Positions 10,801 through 17,745 are shown, numbered from the stretch's first letter. The stretch: DNA of 33,728 nucleotides from an uncultured Chlamydiae bacterium (GCA_937899275.1 CALBPE010000026.1:1-33728), one strand, 5' to 3'. A program made the numbers and translations. The notes: generated by a model from the sequence alone, not told the origin.

Positions 10801-10981
10801 AGGTATTGGAGGGCCCAGCGCATCGACAAGAGCGCCTTTGGGGATAGCCGTTGTGGGCGGGCTATTGTTTTCTCAGGTGCTCACTTTGTTTTTAACTCCG
10901 GTGATTTTCTACTGTCTAGAAACAGCAGCAGAAAAAGTGGGAAAAATGCTCTATCCTTCCAAAAAAAAGGCTTCTAAATAA
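7871..10981 (+). CDS. RND efflux permease (MdtB/MdtC-like, AcrB family)
   Basis: 1036 aa; LPVSDLPNVEFPTI, GFLVDDAIVVLEN, GIVMKNGIMMVDF, LRFRPILMT. Confidence 0.95.
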   Translation: MNLPTLCIKKPVMTTLVMLSIAFFGYFSYKSLPVSDLPNVEFPTITVSLSYPGASPETISASCAVPLERQFMTIDGVHTLFSRSQNGSLTAVLQFVLEKSMDSAAVDVQAAINRALPNLPDDLPSSPTYKKINPAQTPILYIAVTSDALDKQKLYDYANTYIGQRLSILPGVSQVITFGSPYAARIQIDPGKLAHIGLTMKDVVQAVTKANVDLPTGVLYGKARESTIDVDGQIMSAEGYEKLVLRSKDGKTVCIGDVGRAVNSLEDDKYSLTYRQKNAVKPCVVLAVQTLPGANTVSVTDQIFQTLPSLKKELPASLRYATLYNKKTIILDSVRDVKLTLWIAFILVVGIIYLFFGKWQNTLIPSFAIPLSILGTFCLLYILGYSLDILSLLALTLSIGFLVDDAIVVLENIIRHVHEGKSPRDAAMIGSTEITSTVVSMSLCLISVFFPMLFLDSILGRLFREFSLTIMIAVGFSGAIALSLTPLLCSRCIKKRSQKAQKSRVERQTEKCQKALLSLYQKALTWAFKKKRFVLFLGFLSFVGSVVLIKEMPTDFLPVQDEGFIQGFTQSQDGTSPFSQKEKQDQIAAICANDPAVQSVVSMTSVSSVVSDNQGLFFLQLKPLDKRASLSTVVEDLQKKIEEVPGINAYLSPLPLINLTLGTTTKALYQYSLTGIDTKTLYPAVEKMVAEVKKRRDLFTEVSSDLQISQPQTQITIRRKQAAELGIDARDIEDLFSYAYSTNKISTIYGALNQYDVIVETLPQFYRDSSAFSYLFLRNKQNLLVPLTQVVDTKESVGPLSMTHINGLPAATISFNVAPGKTLGEAISVLEKYSAMLLPRSVSGRSSGSAEVFQKSVRSMALLFLLTVFVIYLILGILYEHFLHPLTVMSALFPATFGGLFSLYIMGKALSLFSFVGIIMLLGIVMKNGIMMVDFANTAIKKGSSSYDAIFTACILRFRPILMTSFAALMGALPIALGIGGPSASTRAPLGIAVVGGLLFSQVLTLFLTPVIFYCLETAAEKVGKMLYPSKKKASK

Positions 10982-10982
10982 G

Positions 10983-11837
10983 CTACGGCCTTGGATGAAA
11001 TAAATGAAACTCCTCTTGGAGCTTATGAGCGCTGATATGGGTATATACATCGGTTGTCTTGATATCTTCATGACCGAGAAGCTCTTGAATCACCCTTAAC
11101 CCCGCGCCATTTTCCAGTAAATGCGTCGCATAACAGTGACGAAGGGTATGGGGAGAAATCGCTCCTTGTAGCCCAATTTTTTTCGCATACTTTCGGACAA
11201 TGCGGTAAATTACAATACGATCAATGGGTTGTTTTTTCTCACTGATGAAAAGCGCTTTTTCTGAATCATGTCTATGCAAAAGATACGCATCGATGGTATC
11301 AATGGTTCTAGGTAAAAGAGGTAGCATGCGCTCTTTTTTCCCTTTACCTTGCACATGAACTGCAGATTTTTGTAGATTTTTGATCTGTAAAGCTGCGCAT
11401 TCCGATGCGCGCATGCCCGATGCATATAAAAGCTCCAGTATTGCCCGATCTCTTGCTCCCAAAAAACCAGAAGAATCTGGAGCATGTAAAAGGCGATCTA
11501 CTTCATCTACAGACAAAAGATTAGGTACTTTAGGAGAAAGCTTTTGTACAGATAGCTCTTGGAATAACGGTTTTTCTATCAAGTCCTTTTCATGTAAAAA
11601 ATACAGAAAAGCCTTAATAGCCACAACTTTACGAAAGAAACTTGAAGGCGCGTACTGGCTATGCATTTGCTGTAAATACCCAGTGACGTCTTTTTCTTCT
11701 ATTGATCCTAAAAGATGTGGAGGTTTTTGTAAAAAAGATAGCAGCTGCTTTACATCGCGCACATAAGCAGCGACGCTATGAGAAGAAAGGCCTTTTCTTA
11801 AGACCAACATCGTATGAAATTCTTGTAAAAGCTCCAT
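10983..11837 (-). CDS. xerD: Site-specific tyrosine recombinase XerD-like
   Basis: RDRAILELLYASGMRASE, GKGKKER, SPHTLRHCYATHLL.NGA.LR.IQELLGH..I.TT..YTH, C-terminal FHPR. Confidence 0.8.
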   Translation of the reverse strand: MELLQEFHTMLVLRKGLSSHSVAAYVRDVKQLLSFLQKPPHLLGSIEEKDVTGYLQQMHSQYAPSSFFRKVVAIKAFLYFLHEKDLIEKPLFQELSVQKLSPKVPNLLSVDEVDRLLHAPDSSGFLGARDRAILELLYASGMRASECAALQIKNLQKSAVHVQGKGKKERMLPLLPRTIDTIDAYLLHRHDSEKALFISEKKQPIDRIVIYRIVRKYAKKIGLQGAISPHTLRHCYATHLLENGAGLRVIQELLGHEDIKTTDVYTHISAHKLQEEFHLFHPRP

Positions 11838-11857
11838 ACTTTAAAAGGTATAACATA

Positions 11858-13042
11858 CTACCCATTTTCTATAGCATCTGGCTGTTGCCCCTCGTATAAA
11901 GACCAGACTTTTTCAGCTGCAGAGTTGATCATATCTGAGTCGATTAAAAGCCAGAGCAGTCCTAAAGCAAGTCCGATCAGCATAGGAAGCATCCCCCCAC
12001 TAATGAGTAGGCCGATGATAAAAGATGCGATACCAATTAATGCAGCTAAAATCAAAAACGTCGCAAGCACCATTTTTTTGTAACTTTCTTTCCGGATCAA
12101 AGCGTCCAGCTTTTTAGCTTTGGCAAGCGCCCTTATATCCCCCTCATTTTGCAAGTTACCGATGAGCGCTTCTAAATCCACATTTTCTATTTCTTGCATA
12201 CAAAGCGCTCCTATTCGTCTTTGCAAAGCTTCTTTTTTTCTTCTAAGAAGCTGGTCTTTCAGTACCGCTGCTTCTTGTGTATTACAACGAGCATGACTAC
12301 AAACATCATAGTCTGTTATACCCGAAGATCCTTGCAGTACTTTCTCCATTTGTTTTTGGAATTTATCTAACTCTGCATTATTGACAGCTTGCTCCAGCTC
12401 TTGCGACTCTTCTTCAGATACGGTAAAAAACGAGTGTAAATAGCGCATTCTTAGTAGTAAAGTAGCCGAATCTTCAGCTCTAGTTACGCCATAGTCTTGT
12501 CGAAAAGAGGTCGTATGACGCAGTAGCATAAGCCCTTCTATTAAAACCGATATAGAAGAAGGCAAAAACACGTACGGTAGTAAAGGGGATACCGCTTTGA
12601 CTAAAGCAGCGTTTTTCATAAATTTAGCCCACACCTGAATAGTAGAAAGCGCGCCGCCTATAAATAAAGATGCGCCCGATATAGCGGTCATAGCGCTATA
12701 AGAGCCCCTTTCCACATCCGCATCTTGCCCAGATTGGACCGCTTCTTGTCCCGCTTTTGCAAGGAGTTTCGCTCCTGTTCCTAAGCTTCCTAAGCTACCA
12801 ACGCCATTGACTACATTTAAAGCGCCTTTGCTTATAGAAGTAGGTATGCTACCGCATACCCGTTTCGATAGGCGGGAAACTGGACGATACTTAGCGCCGA
12901 TATTATGTGCACTAGATACAATGGATGCGCATCCCCCTACTATATCTGTAGTAGGAAGGGTTTCCCAAATTGTGTAGAGTCCAGTTCTAGATTCAGAATC
13001 TCTGGGTCTCTGTAAGGAGTGAGCTGGAAAGACACTAGCCAT
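11858..13042 (-). CDS. Hypothetical membrane protein, inclusion-membrane/effector-like
   Basis: 394-aa ORF with a Ser/Thr/Gly-rich N-terminus, a mid hydrophobic pair, a charged helical region and a long bilobed hydrophobic C-terminal segment; strong promoter and RBS. Confidence 0.75.
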   Translation of the reverse strand: MASVFPAHSLQRPRDSESRTGLYTIWETLPTTDIVGGCASIVSSAHNIGAKYRPVSRLSKRVCGSIPTSISKGALNVVNGVGSLGSLGTGAKLLAKAGQEAVQSGQDADVERGSYSAMTAISGASLFIGGALSTIQVWAKFMKNAALVKAVSPLLPYVFLPSSISVLIEGLMLLRHTTSFRQDYGVTRAEDSATLLLRMRYLHSFFTVSEEESQELEQAVNNAELDKFQKQMEKVLQGSSGITDYDVCSHARCNTQEAAVLKDQLLRRKKEALQRRIGALCMQEIENVDLEALIGNLQNEGDIRALAKAKKLDALIRKESYKKMVLATFLILAALIGIASFIIGLLISGGMLPMLIGLALGLLWLLIDSDMINSAAEKVWSLYEGQQPDAIENG

Positions 13043-13064
13043 AAATTCCCTTTAGTTCAACTAA

Positions 13065-13093
13065 ATTATATTTATAATTACAATTAGTGTCAA
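13065..13093 (-). promoter_or_regulatory. Perfect-consensus sigma70/sigma66 promoter (mirror 20636-20664, + strand)
   Basis: TTGACA-ctaattgtaattataaa (17 nt)-TATAAT, followed by AAAGGGA and the ATG of the 394-aa ORF. Confidence 0.85.
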
Positions 13094-13134
13094 TAAATTA
13101 TTACGATTAATTAAATAATAAATACGTAGTTATA

Positions 13135-13575
13135 TTATAAACGGGTTATATCTGACCGAATCCAAGCTTTTGTTTGGAATACCCTAGCCTGCAAGATCTG
13201 CAGCAAGGAAAGGAGTGTAAAATAGGCAAAAGAGGAATTTTTACCTAAGTTATTTTTATTAGGTTTTTTAAGACTAAATTTATGTAAATTAAAAAACTGA
13301 GAAGAAACAGCAATTTGTCTAGGAGACTGCTTTAGAGATCTACCATTTACTAGGATTTGGGCCTTTCTTTGCAAAGCGTTTACACCGGGAGAATCAATTT
13401 CTAATCTGTTTATTGGAGCTGAATAGTACATTGATATTCTTTTAAAAGACTCTAAAGCAATGGTTTGAATCAATTCTTCATGGTGTTTTGCTCGAGAAGG
13501 GCTACCTGTACCTTCCACGGTAACGCGGTAATTACTGCCTTGATAAGATATATTTGTAGTAATATGCATAATCAT
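13135..13575 (-). CDS. Orphan hypothetical protein (start possibly 13569)
   Basis: 146-aa AT-rich ORF with an upstream AAGGA RBS and its own promoter-like motif; no recognisable family. Confidence 0.55.
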   Translation of the reverse strand: MIMHITTNISYQGSNYRVTVEGTGSPSRAKHHEELIQTIALESFKRISMYYSAPINRLEIDSPGVNALQRKAQILVNGRSLKQSPRQIAVSSQFFNLHKFSLKKPNKNNLGKNSSFAYFTLLSLLQILQARVFQTKAWIRSDITRL

Positions 13576-13586
13576 CCTTTAATACT

Positions 13587-13615
13587 ATTTTACCTTATTT
13601 TAAAGAAAATGTAAA
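13587..13615 (-). promoter_or_regulatory. Sigma70-type promoter for the 146-aa ORF (mirror 20114-20142)
   Basis: TTTACA-N17-TAAAAT. Confidence 0.55.
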
Positions 13616-13678
13616 GTTTTTATTTATAGACGGAAAAACCAGATCGACTATAGTAAATAAAAAAGCCGGAGCGCGCCT

Positions 13679-14266
13679 ATGGATCGATTTTCTACCTTAG
13701 TCCTTTTAGGGCCTCCAGGTTCAGGAAAAGGATCGATCGGCAAAACGCTTTCTTTACTGCGGTGGGGAAAGCATATCTCATCTGGCGATGTGCTTAGAAG
13801 CATTAGTCCTCGCTCTTCTTTAGGTCAAGAGTTTCAAAAAAGGGCAAAAAAAGGTCTTTTGATGCCAGATGAAGAAGTGGTATCTTGCGTCAAAAAGTAT
13901 CTTGAAAAAGAGGAAAAGCTGCGCCTGCTTTCTAAAAAACGGGACTATTTGATCTTAGACGGTATTCCAAGAACAGAGCGGCAAGTGGAGCTTTTACAGC
14001 CTTTTATTGCAGTGCGCCTTGTGATCTGTCTATACGTAAAAGATCAACAAGTCCTCGCTCAGCGTATAGCAGGAAGAGCCAAAAAACAGAAAAGAGTCGA
14101 TGATCAAGATCCCATGGTTTTGAAAAAACGACTTGAAGAATATGAAACAAAAACAGCTGGTATCATTAAAAAATACCCTTCCCATATCGTAGCTAGTGTA
14201 GCTGCTGATCAGCCTTTAGTTAAGGTATTTCAAGAGGCGCTGCAGCATATTTGCAAAACCTTTTAA
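13679..14266 (+). CDS. adk: Adenylate kinase, short-LID type
   Basis: LLGPPGSGKG P-loop, HISSGD.LR, G.L.PDE, ILDGIPRT..Q, R.DD motifs. Confidence 0.88.
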   Translation: MDRFSTLVLLGPPGSGKGSIGKTLSLLRWGKHISSGDVLRSISPRSSLGQEFQKRAKKGLLMPDEEVVSCVKKYLEKEEKLRLLSKKRDYLILDGIPRTERQVELLQPFIAVRLVICLYVKDQQVLAQRIAGRAKKQKRVDDQDPMVLKKRLEEYETKTAGIIKKYPSHIVASVAADQPLVKVFQEALQHICKTF

Positions 14267-14408
14267 GAAAAATTGCTATACCAACTGTTTTTTCAGCCAA
14301 AATGAAACAAATTACAGCTCTATTTCTGCAGCGAATTTTTAATAAATCTAGAAATTTAATTTTAATATGCAGTTTTTGTTATTAAAACAATATAAAAATT
14401 AATATTCA

Positions 14409-14437
14409 TTGACTTTTAACGTTTTTTATTATAAAAT
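14409..14437 (+). promoter_or_regulatory. Sigma70-type promoter for the 52-aa ORF
   Basis: TTGACT-N17-TAAAAT within an AT-rich intergenic region. Confidence 0.6.
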
Positions 14438-14483
14438 AAATAAAAGATGAATTCTGTTTATTAACCTTTTACGAGGTATGTTT

Positions 14484-14642
14484 ATGTATAATAAAAAACA
14501 GCAAAAATTAGCCCGTTTAGAAAGCCTTCTCGATTACTACCAAACCGAATTAGACCAGCTACAAGATCTTTTAGTCCGCTGCGGCTTTACTGATGGAATC
14601 GCCACCTTAAAAGAATCTGCCAAAGCGCTTTTAAGCGATTGA
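14484..14642 (+). CDS. Small helical hypothetical protein (52 aa), absent from the ORF track
   Basis: GAGGT RBS at 14473-14477; translates as MYNKKQQKLARLESLLDYYQTELDQLQDLLVRCGFTDGIATLKESAKALLSD*; upstream promoter. Confidence 0.75.
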   Translation: MYNKKQQKLARLESLLDYYQTELDQLQDLLVRCGFTDGIATLKESAKALLSD

Positions 14643-15010
14643 CATCCTCTCCCACTTAAAGGAAGGAGATTCGTAAAGGTTGCTAACCGCAACTTACGAG
14701 CAGGTGTGCATCGCTGCTTTCTGCTGGTTCCTGCTTCACCGAAGATTCTAACGAATCTACTCCACAGGCTAATACCCGGTGTCCTCGGGCTAAACTATTC
14801 ATGGCTCCTACATCGTCGGCATTTGCCGTATGCTCACAATTCTCACATACGAATCGAGATTGGCTTTTGCGATTTTTTGGTGGTTGGTGATTGCAACAGG
14901 GACATATTTGGCTTGTATGGTGCGGGGGAACTTTGAATTGAACAATGGGAGGAAATTGGGTGAGCTCTACATCCTCCACCTGAAGGAAGAGGCTTTGCGC
15001 TCTACTTTTG
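14639..15010 (-). mobile_element. Miniature non-autonomous IS200/IS605-family (IS608-like) element, 372 bp
   Basis: On the element strand: target TTAC, then left end caaaagtagagcgc-AAAG-hairpin cctcttccttcaggtggagg, then a tnpB 3' fragment, then right end GAAT-hairpin ctccttcctttaagtgggag-aggatg-TCAA. Confidence 0.9.
14683..14935 (-). pseudogene. tnpB: C-terminal fragment of TnpB (Zn ribbon plus RuvC-III)
   Basis: VPPHHTSQICPCC...RFVCENCEHTANADDVGAMN..ARG...ACG matches the TnpB C-terminus. The N-terminal part and tnpA are deleted; the junction position is approximate. Confidence 0.88.
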
Positions 15011-15179
15011 GTAAATCGCTTAGGTTTTTGTCTAAATACAAGGAATTTTTTCCAACAAAGCTATCCTAAAACCAGCAGATCTACACGACTTTGTTAGAAG
15101 GCCTGTGACATCTTTCTTGCTATTTTCTTCTAACGTTGGTAGCATGAAACTTCTCTAAAATCTAATTTAGGATGTATTT

Positions 15180-15449
15180 ATGGCAAAACTCATTTTTGAA
15201 GATACCGGAGAAGAAGCCAATTTAGAAGATGGATCTTCGATTACAGAAGCTTGTGAAGAAGCAGGCGTACCTTTTGCTTGTACAGAAGGCGTTTGCGGAA
15301 CTTGCGTTATCGAGGTAAACGATCCCAAAGAGATGGAGAATCTTTCAGAGTTTACTGAAGCAGAGCAAGATTTTCTCGGAGACATGGAACACGAGCGCCT
15401 TGCATGCCAATGCAAAATCAAACAAGGCAAAGTAAAAATACGATTTTAA
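15180..15449 (+). CDS. 2Fe-2S ferredoxin
   Basis: C-x4-C-x2-C (CTEGVCGTC) plus RLACQ; acidic 89-aa protein. Confidence 0.92.
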   Translation: MAKLIFEDTGEEANLEDGSSITEACEEAGVPFACTEGVCGTCVIEVNDPKEMENLSEFTEAEQDFLGDMEHERLACQCKIKQGKVKIRF

Positions 15450-15466
15450 GGTAGAAAGTTCAGATT

Positions 15467-15829
15467 ATGGATCAAACAAGCACACAAAATCCTTCGATAA
15501 AACCTATAACGCTGACGCAAAAAGCAGCGAAAAAATTTCTCGAAATTTTAGAAGAGGAAGGAAAACAAGGCTACGGACTGCGATTAAAAGAGATGGCAGG
15601 TGGATGCTCCGGCTATAAGCATGTTCTTGATTTTTCTGCAGAAGCAAATAAAGATACCGATGCAGTTTTTACTTCAGAGGGCGTGGATATTCATGTAGAT
15701 AAAAATGAACTAACAAGGCTTGCTGGTGCATTGATTGACTATGTAGATGATTTGCAAAATCCTGGTTTTCGCGTGCGCAATCCAAACATCAAATCTTCCT
15801 GCGGCTGCGGCTCTTCGCATAGCTATTGA
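15467..15829 (+). CDS. IscA/HesB-family Fe-S cluster assembly protein
   Basis: ITLT..AA, GGCSG, IDY, F...NPN..SSCGCG.S. Confidence 0.92.
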   Translation: MDQTSTQNPSIKPITLTQKAAKKFLEILEEEGKQGYGLRLKEMAGGCSGYKHVLDFSAEANKDTDAVFTSEGVDIHVDKNELTRLAGALIDYVDDLQNPGFRVRNPNIKSSCGCGSSHSY

Positions 15830-15983
15830 TCTATGCATATACTGTAGTCGCCTATAATCCATTCTTATATCTATGCCTTTAAGAATTATCTTACCGTATT
15901 TTCTAACTAAATCAGATAAAAACTGTTTCCAAAAAAAAGATCCCTGGGTTAAACAGACGAAATGTAGGGAGAAGTAAAACTAT

Positions 15984-16424
15984 ATGAATATCAAAAGCGA
16001 AAGACTAAAAAAATTAGAAGTAGAACTCGAAGATCTAGAGCAGTGGCTTAAACTCGGACTTGTCCCGAAAAAAGACATTGAAAAACATAAAGAAGAAATC
16101 CAGCTCATTCAAGAAAGAATTGAAGAAGAAAAAGAGCGCCTTCGCTTCCTCAAAGAAAATGGGGAAATTGATGAATATGTGATCCCCAAAAAGTCCCCTT
16201 CTAGGCAAATTTATCCCGACCCACATACGATGCCTGATATGGAAGTCGATATGACTGATGCGGGTCTTGATATGGAAACCGATCAATTTGAAACAGAAAC
16301 CTCTGAAACGCAAGCAGGAGATGAAGCAACTTTTGCAGACGATGAGGATGAAGAAGATCCGTTTTCCGATCGCAACCGCTGGAAGCGTGGGATCATGGAA
16401 GATCCCGATGCCGACAATTGGTGA
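15984..16424 (+). CDS. Conserved chlamydial acidic coiled-coil hypothetical protein
   Basis: KSERLKKLE.EL.DLEQWLKLGLVPKK...DPFSDRNRWKRG...DPDADNW resembles the Chlamydiae protein encoded just upstream of hemN/hemW (recalled, not searched). Confidence 0.8.
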   Translation: MNIKSERLKKLEVELEDLEQWLKLGLVPKKDIEKHKEEIQLIQERIEEEKERLRFLKENGEIDEYVIPKKSPSRQIYPDPHTMPDMEVDMTDAGLDMETDQFETETSETQAGDEATFADDEDEEDPFSDRNRWKRGIMEDPDADNW

Positions 16425-16953
16425 TCTTAGCCTATATTTTCATCTTCCTTTTTGCCGAAAAAAATGTCCTTATTGCGATTTTTATGTAGTAACGGATCCA
16501 TCTTTAAAAACATCTTTTCTCAAAGGGATCCTACAAGAGCTTTTTTTCTATTCTTCTCTACTGGAAAATAGCCGCCTTGTTTCTATTTATTTAGGAGGAG
16601 GTACTCCATCGGTTTTTCCCGAAGGGTGTGAAAAAATTTTGCAAGCTCTATCGCCTTTCATCGATCCCTCAGTTGAAATCACCTGTGAAGTCAACCCAGA
16701 AGATCTATCAGAAGAGCTTGTCAGCCGTTTAAAACAAGCTGGAGTCAATAGACTAAGTATTGGGGTCCAGTCGTTTCAAAGGCCCCTTCTTAACGTGATT
16801 AAAAGGCCTTTCCCTAGCGTTGAAGCAATTGAAAAGGCCCATAAGACTATCTCTAATTTATCGATCGATAAATTAGAGATAGTCTTATGGGCCTTTTCAA
16901 TTGCTTCAACGCTAGGGAAAGGCCTTTTAATCACGTTAAGAAGGGGCCTTTGA
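16408..16953 (+). pseudogene. hemW: Radical SAM heme chaperone HemW (HemN-like), truncated at the palindrome axis; genuine sequence ends about 16869
   Basis: SLYFHLPFCRKKCPYCDF, SIYLGGGTPS, EITCEVNP, GVNRLSIGVQSF, NLSID; the residues after SID are the reverse-complement arm. Confidence 0.85.
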
Positions 16954-17321
16954 AACGACTGGACCCCAATACTTAGTCTATTGACTCCAGCTTGTTTTAA
17001 ACGGCTGACAAGCTCTTCTGATAGATCTTCTGGGTTGACTTCACAGGTGATTTCAACTGAGGGATCGATGAAAGGCGATAGAGCTTGCAAAATTTTTTCA
17101 CACCCTTCGGGAAAAACCGATGGAGTACCTCCTCCTAAATAAATAGAAACAAGGCGGCTATTTTCCAGTAGAGAAGAATAGAAAAAAAGCTCTTGTAGGA
17201 TCCCTTTGAGAAAAGATGTTTTTAAAGATGGATCCGTTACTACATAAAAATCGCAATAAGGACATTTTTTTCGGCAAAAAGGAAGATGAAAATATAGGCT
17301 AAGATCACCAATTGTCGGCAT
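16776..17321 (-). pseudogene. hemW: Mirror copy of truncated HemW
   Basis: Reverse-complement copy of 16408-16953. Confidence 0.8.
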
Positions 17322-17745
17322 CGGGATCTTCCATGATCCCACGCTTCCAGCGGTTGCGATCGGAAAACGGATCTTCTTCATCCTCATCGTCTGCAAAAGT
17401 TGCTTCATCTCCTGCTTGCGTTTCAGAGGTTTCTGTTTCAAATTGATCGGTTTCCATATCAAGACCCGCATCAGTCATATCGACTTCCATATCAGGCATC
17501 GTATGTGGGTCGGGATAAATTTGCCTAGAAGGGGACTTTTTGGGGATCACATATTCATCAATTTCCCCATTTTCTTTGAGGAAGCGAAGGCGCTCTTTTT
17601 CTTCTTCAATTCTTTCTTGAATGAGCTGGATTTCTTCTTTATGTTTTTCAATGTCTTTTTTCGGGACAAGTCCGAGTTTAAGCCACTGCTCTAGATCTTC
17701 GAGTTCTACTTCTAATTTTTTTAGTCTTTCGCTTTTGATATTCAT
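17305..17745 (-). CDS. Mirror copy: conserved chlamydial acidic hypothetical protein
   Basis: Identical translation to 15984-16424. Confidence 0.78.
   Translation of the reverse strand: MNIKSERLKKLEVELEDLEQWLKLGLVPKKDIEKHKEEIQLIQERIEEEKERLRFLKENGEIDEYVIPKKSPSRQIYPDPHTMPDMEVDMTDAGLDMETDQFETETSETQAGDEATFADDEDEEDPFSDRNRWKRGIMEDPDADNW

Noticed and set aside
10983..11837. The tyrosine recombinase as a prophage integrase or as the telomere resolvase generating the hairpin
   Set aside because: Its size and motifs are those of housekeeping XerD. There are no phage genes or att/tRNA site nearby, and it does not resemble the larger ResT/TelN proteins.
14683..14979. 98-aa ORF as an intact mini-nuclease or zinc-finger protein
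   Set aside because: Its GTG start lies inside the IS left-end hairpin, and it lacks RuvC-I/II and the REC/WED regions, so it is a deletion remnant.
14267..15179. CRISPR array, tRNA or rRNA near the TnpB remnant or elsewhere
   Set aside because: I saw no regularly spaced direct repeats and no tRNA or rRNA signatures; the hairpins present are the IS ends.
363..16313. Short overlapping ORFs (363-638, 559-813, 3526-3726, 3807-4067, 5044-5259, 7373-7823, 8670-8882, 9121-9351, 9851-10033, 11210-11899, 14706-15069, 15167-15430, 16035-16313) and their mirrors
   Set aside because: They are shadow frames of well-supported genes or of the IS, with no recognisable motifs.
16258..16407. 50-residue N-terminal extension of HemW in the ORF track
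   Set aside because: It lies inside the upstream gene in another frame; HemW homology begins at ATG 16408 (MPTIGDLSLYFH).
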